Of a DNA stretch of 64,000 nt, positions 29,517 to 39,420 are shown in pieces. The first letter of the stretch is position 1. The number at the start of each line of letters is the position of its first letter. Source of the DNA: Candidatus Omnitrophota bacterium (lineage in GTDB: Bacteria; Omnitrophota; Gorgyraeia; Zapsychrales; Fredricksoniimonadaceae); assembly GCA_030650275.1 (NCBI GenBank), contig JAUSEK010000012.1, forward strand, positions 472 to 64,471, written 5' to 3'. The notes below the pieces were generated by a model, which searched no databases, had not been told where the DNA came from, and was given only the letters and a program-made list of their open reading frames with translations. A program made the translations under genes and the position numbers.

Positions 29517-29778
29517 CCTCCTCTTTGCGGGACCGCCTGACCGAAATGATCCTGATCTTTGCGTCCCTGTATGTAATGACGGCAGAATAACATTCGCCTT
29601 CTTTACGCCCTATGACCAGATAGCGCGGTTCATCCTTTGTTCTGGCCGGGATCTCCAATACATCAGGGTCTTCCCAGATGGCCTGCGCTTCAATGAAATT
29701 GATCCCGTGCTTTTGCTTGTTGAGAGCGCTCTTATGCTCATCGAACTCAAATTCTTCCATATATAGAAAATATACCAT
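29497..29778 (-). CDS. brnT: BrnT toxin (DUF497 ribonuclease toxin)
   Basis: 93-aa ORF MVYFLYMEEFEFDEHKSALNKQKHGINFIEA..., characteristic of the BrnT/DUF497 family. Toxin-first order matches BrnTA. Confidence 0.8.
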   Translation of the reverse strand: MVYFLYMEEFEFDEHKSALNKQKHGINFIEAQAIWEDPDVLEIPARTKDEPRYLVIGRKEGECYSAVITYRDAKIRIISVRRSRKEEVELYES

Positions 29779-29800
29779 TTCTATACTCTTATTTCAAGGT

Positions 29801-29826
29801 AAATTTGATGCGAATTTGATGCGAAT
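29801..29826. promoter_or_regulatory. tandem 11-bp direct repeats (AATTTGATGCG x2) in the brnTA upstream region; candidate operator
   Basis: GTAAATTTGATGCGAATTTGATGCGAATC. The adjacent palindrome TATAGAAAATATACCATTTCTATA (29761-29790) is also in this region. Confidence 0.4.
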
Positions 29827-29839
29827 CTTAAAACCTTCC

Positions 29840-29867
29840 TGCCATTCCCGCGAAAGCGGGAATCCAG
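29840..29867. repeat. REP-like palindromic element, copy C (ATTCCCGC-GAAA-GCGGGAAT)
   Basis: TGCCATTCCCGCGAAAGCGGGAATCCAG, in opposite orientation to copies A and B. Confidence 0.55.
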
Positions 29868-29911
29868 AAACAGTCTGTTACGACGCTTGAGCCATTGACC
29901 CCACCCCTAAA

Positions 29912-30751
29912 TTAAACCACCTGCAACGAGAGTTTCGGGGCGTTTTGGTTTAAGTTTTCCTGTTCACATTGCCTCAAGAATTCCTCAGGCGTTTTGTAAT
30001 CCAATGAGCTGTGCGGCCTGAAGGTATTATACTCGATCCGCCATTCTTCGATCTTGTTTTTTGCCTCCTGCATGTCCGAAAAGTAATTCTCGTTTAAACA
30101 TTCATCGCGGAAGCGCCCATGGAACGATTCGACATAGGCGTTCTCAACTGGCTTGCCCGGACGGATGAAGTCCAGTTTGACCCCATGGCGATACGCCCAT
30201 TCATCCAGGACCTTGGAGATGAACTCCGGACCGTTATCCACACGGATCGAATTTGGGAAGCCTTTAAGATCGACCAGCCGCTCCAGGATCCTGACGGCCC
30301 TGAACCCCGGCAACGATGTATCGGATTCAACGGTCATGCATTCCCGGGTGTATGTGTCGACAATGGACAATGTCCTGAACTTACGCCCGCTCCAGAGTGA
30401 ATCCTGGATAAAGTCCATGGCCCAGCGCTCGTTGGGTCTGGTTGCTGACGGCAGAGGACTGCGCACAACAGCCGCGAACTTGCAACGCCGACGGATCCTC
30501 AAAGATAAGCCCTCCTGACGGTAAATCCTCTCGGTTCTTTTATGGTTAATGACCAGTCCTTCACGCCGGATGAGCACATAAAGCCTGATGTGTCCGTAAC
30601 GCCTGTGCTTCTCGGCCAGTTCTTTGAGCCGTTGCCTGATCCTATCATTAAGATCATTTGGCTTAGGGTCATAGTGCATCACCGTCCGGGACACCAACAC
30701 CAGGGTGCAGGCCCTCCGCTGGGAGAGACCGTGACGTTCGATCATGTGCAA
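29912..30751 (-). CDS. IS3-family transposase OrfB (DDE integrase core)
   Basis: 279-aa ORF with an rve/integrase core domain pattern (WAMDF...IVDTYTREC...). Confidence 0.85.
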   Translation of the reverse strand: MHMIERHGLSQRRACTLVLVSRTVMHYDPKPNDLNDRIRQRLKELAEKHRRYGHIRLYVLIRREGLVINHKRTERIYRQEGLSLRIRRRCKFAAVVRSPLPSATRPNERWAMDFIQDSLWSGRKFRTLSIVDTYTRECMTVESDTSLPGFRAVRILERLVDLKGFPNSIRVDNGPEFISKVLDEWAYRHGVKLDFIRPGKPVENAYVESFHGRFRDECLNENYFSDMQEAKNKIEEWRIEYNTFRPHSSLDYKTPEEFLRQCEQENLNQNAPKLSLQVV

Positions 30752-30777
30752 CGCCGCGTTCTTCCTGGCTTTGGGCC

Positions 30778-31041
30778 TTAGAAGTTTTTTGAGAGCACGT
30801 CCTTCAAGGCCCGGTTGTCCAAAGACAAGTCGGCCACAATGTGCTTGAGCTTGCTGTTCTCTTCCTCAAGCGCCTTCATCTTCCTCAAATCAGAGACCTC
30901 AAGACCTGAATACTTGGCCTTCCACTTGTAAAACGTGGCATCCGATATGCCGTGTTGCCGGCAAAGCTCGCCTGTTTTGGTCCCAGCTTGGGCATCCTTG
31001 AGCACTGCGATGATCTGTTCTTCGGTGTAGCGTTTTGCCAT
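30778..31041 (-). CDS. IS3-family transposase OrfA (HTH plus leucine-zipper)
   Basis: 87-aa ORF MAKRYTEEQIIAVLK...GISDATFYKWKAKY, typical of IS3 OrfA. Confidence 0.85.
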   Translation of the reverse strand: MAKRYTEEQIIAVLKDAQAGTKTGELCRQHGISDATFYKWKAKYSGLEVSDLRKMKALEEENSKLKHIVADLSLDNRALKDVLSKNF

Positions 31042-31247
31042 GTGAAGCCTCCTTGTTGGGTTAGTTTACCCTAGGAAACTCTACATGCAAATGGCTTTAA
31101 TTGGTGGGGTGGGGTCAATGGTAAAACTGACGATGACCACACTGCAGATCAGCTGTCGGAAAAGGGGGTTCATTAGTAAAAATATATACTATATTTGGCA
31201 AAAAACAAGAGGTTGACGCGGTTTTTTGGAAAGCGTTTTCCAAAAAA

Positions 31248-31760
31248 TTACAGACGCTGGATGAGATTAACTGTGGAAGCGATCTCGGCATCAACAAGGT
31301 CAAGATCATGTTGAAGGATCAGCCGGATGGATTCCGACTTTTGGGGGGATTTTTCTCTCAATTGGGCCAGTTGGCGGCTGATCTTCCTTAAAAGCGTGAT
31401 CCTGGCCTTCAAGCGTCGTTTGGCCATGTCTTTGTCCACCAAAGGCAGAAAATACAAAGACAGGTCCATCTGAAAGAACGGGCGCTCCAAAGATAAAAAA
31501 CTGGACTGAACGAGCCGGTCAAATTTCTTTTTGCCCTTGACGGTGATGCGGTAAACGTGTTTTTCCGGACGGCGACCCTCCCTGCCGGTCTGTTTTTCAA
31601 TGAAACCCTCTTCTTCCATTTTCTGCAGAGGATAATAAATGGATTTGATCTTGATCCCGATATTGGGAGCCACGTCCGCTTCGATCTGGCGTTTGATCTC
31701 GTAGCCGTGTTTGGGGCCCGACGCTAAAAGACCTAAAAATAAAAGTTCGTGTTCGATCAT
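31248..31760 (-). CDS. PadR-family transcriptional regulator
   Basis: 170-aa ORF with a winged-helix GYEIKRQIE...IYYPLQKMEEEGFI PadR signature. Confidence 0.85.
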   Translation of the reverse strand: MIEHELLFLGLLASGPKHGYEIKRQIEADVAPNIGIKIKSIYYPLQKMEEEGFIEKQTGREGRRPEKHVYRITVKGKKKFDRLVQSSFLSLERPFFQMDLSLYFLPLVDKDMAKRRLKARITLLRKISRQLAQLREKSPQKSESIRLILQHDLDLVDAEIASTVNLIQRL

Positions 31761-32176
31761 GGAGCGGTCAAAGCCTTGTCCAGGTCCTTGAACAGGGCCT
31801 TGGCAACGGCGCGTTTGGCGTTGGTGCTCAAAGAGGAAAGTTCAATGCGGACCTCATTGTCAGATATCTCAACGAAAAAGATCCCGACCTCTGTCGTATT
31901 GATGTAGCCGGGGATGCCCATAACGACCACATGGCCCCTCACCTCGTCTTTTTGGAATATCAGATAGTGGTTCTCTTCAACGGCCTTCAGCACGGCCTCC
32001 ATGCATTCCCAGTATCCTTTGGGATACGTCCTGGTGATGGCGTCCACGCGCCTTTTTTCCATTTCCCGGGTGGAAGAGCCCCAGAAGGTCTTGCCGACCT
32101 CAGCCACCGACGCGCACCCGGCCAGGGCAAGAGATAAAATAACGACGGCAAAAACCCTCATTTCCCGATGTTTCAT
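31757..32176 (-). CDS. hypothetical lipoprotein
   Basis: 139-aa ORF with a signal peptide and an LAGC lipobox. 4-nt overlaps link it into the PadR operon. Confidence 0.55.
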   Translation of the reverse strand: MKHREMRVFAVVILSLALAGCASVAEVGKTFWGSSTREMEKRRVDAITRTYPKGYWECMEAVLKAVEENHYLIFQKDEVRGHVVVMGIPGYINTTEVGIFFVEISDNEVRIELSSLSTNAKRAVAKALFKDLDKALTAP

Positions 32177-32988
32177 GGCCCCTCCGGCTGCCCTTCGGGC
32201 AGAAGTTTGGATTTTTCCAAAGCCACGAGCTTGGAACGGGTTTTTTCCAATTCAAATTGGGACAATTTCTCGCGTTTGGTGAACTCTTGATTCTGTTTTT
32301 CCATCTCCCGCAAAACCTCCTCCAGACGGTTCTTCGTCGCCTGCAGTTCGATCTGGTCCTTCTCCATGGCCGCCACGCGGCCCAGGGCCTGCTCCAACTG
32401 GACCTTATAATTATCGCACATGCGTTCAAATCCCGAGGCCTGCGCCCGGTGTTTGGTGATCTCGTTGTGCAGGGCCTCGGTCTCTTCAACGGACGCCGGC
32501 CCCGCCGATGGCGGGGCGGCTTTCAACGCGGTGATCTGGGCATTGGCCGCCAGCAGTTCATCCCCCATGTGTTTGCGTACAGCGGCGATCTCATCCTGCA
32601 GTTCTTTGATCTTCGCCTGTCCTGCCTCCAACTGCTTCTGTAACGAAGAATTGTCCTCGCGCAAGCGATCCAAAGACTGCTGGGTCTCGGCCATCCTGGC
32701 CTTGTTCCCCTGTTGCGTCTCTGTCTTTAATTTTTCATTTTCTTTAGTCAGGGCATCGATCTTCGTCATGGCTTCCTGGGCCTGGGTCACCGCTTTCTCG
32801 GACATGAGACGCATTTCCTCTTCCAGGTCTTCAATATGTTTTTGAAGTCCCGGATCCTTCATTGCGGAGGGCATGATCGGCTGGATGGATATGGGCTGGA
32901 CGGATTCTTTGCGCAGCATACTGAACAAAAATCCCAGGAGAGCGCCCGCAAAGAACATGATCCCGACGATCATATAAAAAGTCATCAT
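32173..32988 (-). CDS. membrane-anchored coiled-coil protein
   Basis: 271-aa ORF with an N-terminal TM helix and a long heptad-repeat region rich in E/K/Q/L. Confidence 0.55.
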   Translation of the reverse strand: MMTFYMIVGIMFFAGALLGFLFSMLRKESVQPISIQPIMPSAMKDPGLQKHIEDLEEEMRLMSEKAVTQAQEAMTKIDALTKENEKLKTETQQGNKARMAETQQSLDRLREDNSSLQKQLEAGQAKIKELQDEIAAVRKHMGDELLAANAQITALKAAPPSAGPASVEETEALHNEITKHRAQASGFERMCDNYKVQLEQALGRVAAMEKDQIELQATKNRLEEVLREMEKQNQEFTKREKLSQFELEKTRSKLVALEKSKLLPEGQPEGP

Positions 32989-32997
32989 AAGCGCTCC

Positions 32998-33969
32998 TTA
33001 TAAAATACTTTTGTTTTTAAGATACCCGCAATAATCACGGACACCATCTTCCAAAGACAAAAACGGTTTCACATACCCGGCCCGGCGCAATTTGCTGATA
33101 TCAGCTTGTGTAAAATATTGGTAACGCGTCTTTAAGATCTCCGGCATTTCACTATATTCAACGTGGACCGGTTTGCCCACGGCGGAAAAAAGCGCGGCGG
33201 CCAGATCATTCCACGTGCGGGCATGGCCCATCCCCAGATTAAAGATCCCGTTAACGTCCTTATGGTCCATAAAGAACAAAAGCGCGTCAACGGCGTCTTT
33301 GACATAAATGAAATCCCGCATCTGTTCTCCGTCTTTATACTGGGGGTTATAGGATCTAAAAAGCGCCATTTTCCCGTCGGAGACGACCCTGTCATAGGCC
33401 TTGGCGACAACACTTTGCATGTCCCCCTTGTGGTATTCATTGGGACCGAACACGTTAAAGAACTTCACCCCCACCATGCGGTCCTGATAGCCATGGGCCA
33501 AGACCCACTCATCAAATTTTTGTTTGGATCCGCCATAGAGATTCAGCGGTTTTAGCCGGGAAATTTTTGTTTCATCGTCACTGTAGCCCCGACTGCCGTC
33601 GCCGTAGGTCGCGGCGGACGAAGCATAGATCAAACGGGCCTTGAACTTGACGGCCCAATCGGCAACATGGCAGGAATATTCAAAATTATTGGTCTGAAAA
33701 TACGCGGCATCCTGCAAAATGGTGGAACTGCACGCGCCCATGTGAAAAATACAGTCAACGTTGAAATCAAAATGGCCGCGGCGGATGAGTTTTAAGAACT
33801 CGGCCTTGTCAAAATAACGCACATATTTCTTTCCGGCCAAATTCTTCTTTTTAGGATCATCGTCGCCGTCATAATGGTCCACGGCGATGATGTCCTGACG
33901 CTTCAATTCATTGAGCTTCGCGACTAAGCAGCTGCCGATAAACCCCGCGGCTCCGGTGACGACGATCAT
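32998..33969 (-). CDS. hldD: ADP-L-glycero-D-manno-heptose-6-epimerase
   Basis: 323-aa ORF with a VTGAAGFIGS Rossmann motif, a YxxxK motif and the HldD/RfaD length and pattern. Confidence 0.8.
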   Translation of the reverse strand: MIVVTGAAGFIGSCLVAKLNELKRQDIIAVDHYDGDDDPKKKNLAGKKYVRYFDKAEFLKLIRRGHFDFNVDCIFHMGACSSTILQDAAYFQTNNFEYSCHVADWAVKFKARLIYASSAATYGDGSRGYSDDETKISRLKPLNLYGGSKQKFDEWVLAHGYQDRMVGVKFFNVFGPNEYHKGDMQSVVAKAYDRVVSDGKMALFRSYNPQYKDGEQMRDFIYVKDAVDALLFFMDHKDVNGIFNLGMGHARTWNDLAAALFSAVGKPVHVEYSEMPEILKTRYQYFTQADISKLRRAGYVKPFLSLEDGVRDYCGYLKNKSIL

Positions 33970-34010
33970 ATTCCCCCTGTGCCTGTACGGGCGCGGCTGC
34001 CGCCGTGCCC

Positions 34011-34610
34011 CTACCTTGTTTGCGCGGCAATTTTCTCCCCCAAGGCCTCTCCTAAGGCACCGGCGGCCTGGAAAACATCCTTAAAATCACCCAAATGCGC
34101 ATAACCGGCAAACGTCAGGACTTTGGCCCCCGTTGAGGACAGCCAGATCTCCCCTGATATGGCCAGGCGTCCTTTCTCCCGGCGTAAAACCAAACGTTTT
34201 AAACGGCTATTTTGTAAAAGTTCCTCGATATATCCTTGAAAAACCAGGTTCGGTTCATCCTCCGGCGCGGCGATGATCAAAGATGTCCGGCTTTGCGCGA
34301 TCCGGTCCGCCATACCCTTGATGATCATCAATGAAACGCGGTCCGATTGTTCATCAGCCGATGCCCGGGCCCCGGCCTTTAAAGGGGTGAACGCTATTTT
34401 TCCGCCGGACTTAAGAGCCGCGGCATCAACAAGAGTGATAGCAACATTGAGGGGTTTTTCAGACGGCTTGACCTGCGCCTGCCCCCCGCCAAGGCGGGGC
34501 GAGGCGTGCCAAAAACAGCCGCTGAAGGCGAATACGAAGGCCGCGCACATCAAAGGAAGAATGGACATCATTACGGGATAAATCTTAGCATAGACCGGGC
34601 AGGGGCTCAA
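34011..34610 (-). CDS. hypothetical lipoprotein
   Basis: 199-aa ORF with a signal peptide and a Cys lipobox (FSGC). Confidence 0.5.
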   Translation of the reverse strand: MSPCPVYAKIYPVMMSILPLMCAAFVFAFSGCFWHASPRLGGGQAQVKPSEKPLNVAITLVDAAALKSGGKIAFTPLKAGARASADEQSDRVSLMIIKGMADRIAQSRTSLIIAAPEDEPNLVFQGYIEELLQNSRLKRLVLRREKGRLAISGEIWLSSTGAKVLTFAGYAHLGDFKDVFQAAGALGEALGEKIAAQTR

Positions 34611-34627
34611 CCATAAAGCGGTTATTG

Positions 34628-35821
34628 TTAATGGGTAATGACGGACATGGCTTTAAGGTCAACGTTCGGGGTCGGCCGGCACAGATAATAACCCTGACCG
34701 GCGTCCACGCCCAATTCGATGAGCATATCAAGGTCCTGTTTGTCTTCAATGCCTTCCGCAACGCAGATCACATTATTTTCCCGGCAAAAAGAAGCGATCA
34801 ATTTGACGATGCTTTTTTTCACGCAGTCGTAAGCCAGGCCGGACACGATGTGCCGGTCGAGTTTGATGACTTCCGGACGTGTTTCAACGATGGACTCCAG
34901 GCTGGCAAAACCGCCGCCCACGTCGTCAATGGCGATCTTGAACCCTTCCCGGCGGTAATCCAAAAGGCGGTCAAAAAATATCTTGTATTGGCTGATGGCG
35001 GAACGTTCCGTGATCTCCAAAAATACTTTCTGACTGGGCATTCCCCAGTCGCTGAACATGTCTTTGACCACAACGAACTTGTCGCTTTCAACCAGATAGG
35101 GGTCGCAATTCAAGAACAAATGCTCCTGATCAAAGAGCCGTGTCGCGATCGCCAATGCCTTTCTCCAGACCACCATTTCCAACTGATAATACAGGCCGAA
35201 ACGCAAGGCGGCTTTGAACATCTCCTCCGGGTTGGATAAAATCCCCTTGGTCTGGGGACGGCTCAAGACCTCAAGGCCGAACAAACGCATGGGTTTTAAG
35301 AAATAAATGGGCTGGAAATACGGAATGATCCGTTCATGCTTGATGATCTGCCGCAATTCATGCATCACCGCGTACTGCTGCTGTGAGTGCTCGTGGTCGA
35401 CTGTATGATTGCTGCGCCTCAGCACGGCTTCAATGCGGGCGAACAATTCTTCGGGCTCAAAGGGCTTGGCCAGATAATCATCCACTCCGAGATGAAAACT
35501 TTCGATCTTGTCACGGCTCTGGGTATTGGCGCTGATAATGATGATGGGGATATTTTGGGTCCGGGCATTGCTTTTTAAAAGCCGGCAGACCTTAAAGCCC
35601 TGTTGGTCCGGTAAGAGAAGATCAAGAAGGATGAGGTCCACATCGCCATTGACTTTTTCCAGGGCCTCACGGCCGTTTTTAACGGCCGTGGCCTTATACC
35701 CGTGTGTGCCCAGAAGCAATAAAAGAAGCTGGGAGATCGCGGGTTCATCATCGACGACCAAAATCCTTTGATTGTTGAGCGTACCGCTGTCCATCGCCAG
35801 GGTTTTCCTTTCGAGGTGCAA
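34628..35821 (-). CDS. response regulator with receiver and EAL (c-di-GMP phosphodiesterase) domains
   Basis: 397-aa ORF. REC domain has a DD...D...K pattern. The C-terminal EAL domain carries an EVLSRP motif and DDxGxG. Confidence 0.8.
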   Translation of the reverse strand: MHLERKTLAMDSGTLNNQRILVVDDEPAISQLLLLLLGTHGYKATAVKNGREALEKVNGDVDLILLDLLLPDQQGFKVCRLLKSNARTQNIPIIIISANTQSRDKIESFHLGVDDYLAKPFEPEELFARIEAVLRRSNHTVDHEHSQQQYAVMHELRQIIKHERIIPYFQPIYFLKPMRLFGLEVLSRPQTKGILSNPEEMFKAALRFGLYYQLEMVVWRKALAIATRLFDQEHLFLNCDPYLVESDKFVVVKDMFSDWGMPSQKVFLEITERSAISQYKIFFDRLLDYRREGFKIAIDDVGGGFASLESIVETRPEVIKLDRHIVSGLAYDCVKKSIVKLIASFCRENNVICVAEGIEDKQDLDMLIELGVDAGQGYYLCRPTPNVDLKAMSVITH

Positions 35822-36001
35822 AGCGGGCTTTAATCTTTACTTAAAGTATAGTCTAACGCCGGAAGGAATCGATGGCTGTAAAGCGAAATCATTAGATTCT
35901 TTCGTCTGGCCTATCTTTTTATCCTTAAGGGGAATAAGCGGTTAGATAAAAAAACGTCTTTTTAAGAAAATGCTTTCCCAAAAACCAGAAAAACAGCGGG
36001 A

Positions 36002-36535
36002 TTATTGACCTAAAACAGAAAATTCGGCAAAACAATACGATGGGCCGGATCCGGAGGAAACAGGGGTGCGGCGGACTTCTTTAAAGCGGTTTGGAATGGA
36101 TGGGAAGAAAACGTCACAAGCAAGATCACCCGCAACAAACGTTACAAACAAACGTTGGCATAGAGGATGATGAAGGGCGTATGTATAAATTTGAGCGCCG
36201 CCAATCACAAAAATATTTTCTATTTTAGGATCTTTCTCTAACACCTCCATCGCTCTTTCAAGGGTCGGTTCGACCAAGGCCCCCTGCGCTTTAAAACCGG
36301 CACTCCGGCTCAAGACCACATTCAAACGGTTAGGCAAAGGCCTGAATTTCTCGGGTAGAGATTCCCAGGTTTTGCGTCCCATAATGACGGCATTTTTTTG
36401 AGACGGGCCAGAGGTCCTGGTCGTCATGTCCTTAAAATGTTTTAAGTCCTCGGGAAGATGCCACGGCAGGGCACCGTTCTTGCCGATCCCCCTGCGATCA
36501 TCCATGGCAACAATAATGGAAAACATTTTGGCCAT
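36002..36535 (-). CDS. folA: dihydrofolate reductase
   Basis: FSIIVAMDDRRGIGKNGALPWHLPEDLKHFK signature. The ORF track extends to 36598, but the probable start is MAKM at 36535. Confidence 0.85.
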   Translation of the reverse strand: MAKMFSIIVAMDDRRGIGKNGALPWHLPEDLKHFKDMTTRTSGPSQKNAVIMGRKTWESLPEKFRPLPNRLNVVLSRSAGFKAQGALVEPTLERAMEVLEKDPKIENIFVIGGAQIYTYALHHPLCQRLFVTFVAGDLACDVFFPSIPNRFKEVRRTPVSSGSGPSYCFAEFSVLGQ

Positions 36536-36607
36536 TTTGTGGTGAGTCCTTCGACTTCGCTCAGGATGCTTCGAAGGATGCTGAGCCCGTCGAAGCACCT
36601 GTCCATA

Positions 36608-37423
36608 TCATACTGCAATAGGAAATTTGATGAAGGCGGCCGGCTGATAGCCGATCAATTTAATGTCTTCAAAGCGGTAGTCCAGGACATTTTTCTTTGC
36701 CAATTCCAGACGGGGTAATGGCCCGGGCGCGCGTTCCAGCTGGATCTTGAGCCCGTCGATGTGGTTGAGATAAATATGAGCGTCCCCCAGGGTGTGGACG
36801 AAGATCCCCGGGGTAAGGCCGCATTCGGCAGCGGCCATGCTCATCAGAAGCGCGTAACTGGCGATATTGAACGGCACACCCAAAGCCACATCCGCCGAGC
36901 GCTGATACATTTGGCAATCCAGACGTCCATTGGCAACGTAAAACTGGATCAAAGCGTGGCAGGGCGGCAAAGCCATGCGCCCGATATCAGCGACATTCCA
37001 GGTGCTGACAATGATGCGCCGGGAGCCCGGATCTGTCTTGATGAGGTCCAGGGCCTGGCGGATCTGGTCCACATGCTCTTTGCGATAGGCCTTTGCCTTT
37101 TCATCCCATACGAATCTTTCCCATTTGCGCCACTGATACCCGTAAATAGGCCCTAACTCCCCGTCGGCATCAGCCCAGGCGTTCCAAATAGGTGTATGGG
37201 CTTTGAGATCATCGTTGATGTTGGTGGCCCCGCGCAAGAACCACAACAATTCATGGACCACGGCATCAAAAAGGACTTTCTTGGTGGTTAAAATAGGGAA
37301 ACCGTGGCGCAGGTCATATTTCGTCTGGTAGCCGAAAACAGAGATCGTCCCGGTGCCGGTGCGGTCTTCTTTTTTCTCGCCGTGCTCCAGGATATGGCGC
37401 ACCAGGTCCAAATATTGCCTCAT
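36608..37423 (-). CDS. thyA: thymidylate synthase
   Basis: Catalytic PPCH motif and ThyA-wide similarity. Probable start MRQYLDL at 37423 overlaps the glgP stop. The ORF track N-extension to 37501 is unlikely. Confidence 0.9.
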   Translation of the reverse strand: MRQYLDLVRHILEHGEKKEDRTGTGTISVFGYQTKYDLRHGFPILTTKKVLFDAVVHELLWFLRGATNINDDLKAHTPIWNAWADADGELGPIYGYQWRKWERFVWDEKAKAYRKEHVDQIRQALDLIKTDPGSRRIIVSTWNVADIGRMALPPCHALIQFYVANGRLDCQMYQRSADVALGVPFNIASYALLMSMAAAECGLTPGIFVHTLGDAHIYLNHIDGLKIQLERAPGPLPRLELAKKNVLDYRFEDIKLIGYQPAAFIKFPIAV

Positions 37424-39420
37424 CCCTTCTTCTCCCACATCTTCAAACGGTATTCTTCCACCATGCGCTGGGTATTGAAAAAAGCCCCCCGGCGCACGCA
37501 ATGGATCATCTTGTCAACCCAGGGACTGCGCGCATCCACGCTTCCCTTGCGGTTGGTCTGGTAATACAGCGTCATGACCTCTTTCAATACCCGGCACAGG
37601 GCTGCCGAGTCCTCGTCGAGACGAAGATTGGATTCGCTGCCGATCTCACGGCCGTGATGTTCATATCCGAAGATCCATCCGATATTGTCCCTGGCCGCCT
37701 CCACCACCCACCCGTCGAGGGTGGACAGTTGGACCACCCCGTTGAGAATGGCTTTCATGCCGCTGGTGCCGGAGGCCTCGAAGGGCGGCAGAGGATTATT
37801 GAGCCACACATCCACGGAATTGCTCAACAATTTTCCGAAATACGTATCGTAATTCTCTAGGATCAAGACCTTGATCAGGTCATACTGCGCGTTGAGCTTG
37901 TCGATATGGCTTAAAATATCCTGGATGTGGGCGGCGCCGATATTGTCATTGGGGTGCGCTTTGCCGGCCAGCACGATCTGGATGGGGCCTATCTTGCGCG
38001 CCAGATCCAGGACCTCATCAATGCGATGGAACAATAATGAAGGCCGTTTATACCCTGTGATGCGCCGCGCCCAGCCGATGGTCAGGACGTTTTCGTCCAA
38101 TTTCCACGGCTTGACCACGGCAAGGAAGTTGCGCTTATTGGCCTGATGCGCTTCAAAGATATCTTTACGGAAATGGTCGTCGCGCATCAATTTTGACACG
38201 TGTTCCAGGTTCTTCGGCTCCCGTCTCCAGTCGCCGAAAACATGGGGATAGCGGTCAAAGAGCGCGGCAAAAGATTCCGAAACCCAGGTGTGGATGTGCA
38301 CGCCGTTGGTGATGGCATCAATGCGTTTCGCGTACGCGGGAAACTGCAGGCGCATGATCTCCCCGTGTTTTTGCGCCACGGCATTGACCTGACGGCAATT
38401 GTCCAGGCAGATATGGGTCAGGCTGATGTCCTGGGAATCCGGCCCTTCCTTGCCGAATTTTTTGGCGGCCTGCACGTATTCGTCGGGAAAGATCTCTTCA
38501 ATATCGCGGATGCCGAAACGGTCGTGCCCCGCCGCCACCGGCGTATGGCAGGTGAAAACGAACTTCTTTTTTTCTTCATCCATGCGGTTCTTGTCTGTGA
38601 GCCCGATGTATTTCTCGAGAATGGCGAACGCCGCGTGGCCTTCATTGAGATGATAACAGCCGATCTTCAGATCCAGCTTCCCGACGGCTTTCATGCCGCC
38701 GATGCCCAGGATGGAGCGCTGGAAAATACGCCATGACACGTGATCGCTGCGATAAAGCTGGTCGGTGAGTTTACGGAAATGCTCGCTGTTCTGGGGAACA
38801 TTGGAATCCAGCAGGACCAGCGGACAGACATGCTTTTTGTCGTAACTGAACACATAATATTTCCACAGCCGCAAATGAAGATCCCCGTTCTTGGTGGACA
38901 TGATCACGCGGTGTTTTAAAGGGATCAGCCCCGGATAGGTGCACGGGTCCCAGGAAAGTTCCTCGGGTACCTGGCCGTGTTTATACCAGAAATTCTGTTT
39001 GAAATACCCCTTGTTCCATAAGATCCCGAAAGCCACGGACACAACGCCCAGATCCGCCATGGTTTTGACCGTGTCCCCGGCGAGAACACCCAAACCCCCG
39101 CTGTAAATGGGGATATCGAGCATCTTGTTGATATCGATCTTAAAAACGTAATCGGACAGCCAGTAATTGGAGAAAACCTCGTGCTTAAAGAACTGGTTCT
39201 TTGCGCTCATGGGGCCGCTCAAGCGAAAGGAATTGTAAATGCTGGGTGCCAGGCCATATTCCATGGAAAAATACGCCACGGACCTGTGTCCCTCTTCGGC
39301 CAATTTCTTTTCCGCGTCCAGGATCGGCTGCAGGGGAAAACCAAAATAGGACTCCGGCGTGATGTCTTTGGCGTAATGGGAAAAATCTTCTATGGCGGAA
39401 ATGAATTCGTCGTAATTCAT
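37420..39420 (-). CDS. glgP: alpha-glucan phosphorylase (GT35 family, GlgP-like)
   Basis: 666-aa ORF with a GGLGVLAGD motif, a pyridoxal-phosphate Lys region and the architecture of the DUF3417-type bacterial alpha-glucan phosphorylases. Confidence 0.85.
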   Translation of the reverse strand: MNYDEFISAIEDFSHYAKDITPESYFGFPLQPILDAEKKLAEEGHRSVAYFSMEYGLAPSIYNSFRLSGPMSAKNQFFKHEVFSNYWLSDYVFKIDINKMLDIPIYSGGLGVLAGDTVKTMADLGVVSVAFGILWNKGYFKQNFWYKHGQVPEELSWDPCTYPGLIPLKHRVIMSTKNGDLHLRLWKYYVFSYDKKHVCPLVLLDSNVPQNSEHFRKLTDQLYRSDHVSWRIFQRSILGIGGMKAVGKLDLKIGCYHLNEGHAAFAILEKYIGLTDKNRMDEEKKKFVFTCHTPVAAGHDRFGIRDIEEIFPDEYVQAAKKFGKEGPDSQDISLTHICLDNCRQVNAVAQKHGEIMRLQFPAYAKRIDAITNGVHIHTWVSESFAALFDRYPHVFGDWRREPKNLEHVSKLMRDDHFRKDIFEAHQANKRNFLAVVKPWKLDENVLTIGWARRITGYKRPSLLFHRIDEVLDLARKIGPIQIVLAGKAHPNDNIGAAHIQDILSHIDKLNAQYDLIKVLILENYDTYFGKLLSNSVDVWLNNPLPPFEASGTSGMKAILNGVVQLSTLDGWVVEAARDNIGWIFGYEHHGREIGSESNLRLDEDSAALCRVLKEVMTLYYQTNRKGSVDARSPWVDKMIHCVRRGAFFNTQRMVEEYRLKMWEKKG

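Larger units (their letters stand above)
29892..31121 (-). mobile_element. IS3-family insertion sequence (orfA/orfB with a -1 frameshift site, 25-bp imperfect terminal inverted repeats)
   Basis: Left IR CCATTGACCCCACCCCTAAATTAA (29892-29915) and right IR TTAATTGGTGGGGTGGGGTCAATGG (31097-31121) match at about 22/25. Slippery A AAA AAC lies 2 codons before the orfA stop. Confidence 0.8.

Noticed and set aside
31115-31309. 64-aa minus-strand ORF overlapping the PadR 3' end and an A/T palindrome
   Set aside because: It overlaps PadR and the TTTTTTGGAAA/TTTCCAAAAAA inverted repeat, and has no motif. Likely non-coding.
34625-35239. 204-aa plus-strand ORF
   Set aside because: It is antisense to the REC-EAL gene, which has clear domain signatures. 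No independent support.
36536-36598. N-terminal 21-aa extension of the DHFR ORF (MLRRAQHPSKHPERSRRTHHK)
   Set aside because: The DHFR fold begins at MAKMFSIIVAMDD. The extension overlaps the structured thyA-folA spacer and is basic and low-complexity, so it is likely non-coding.
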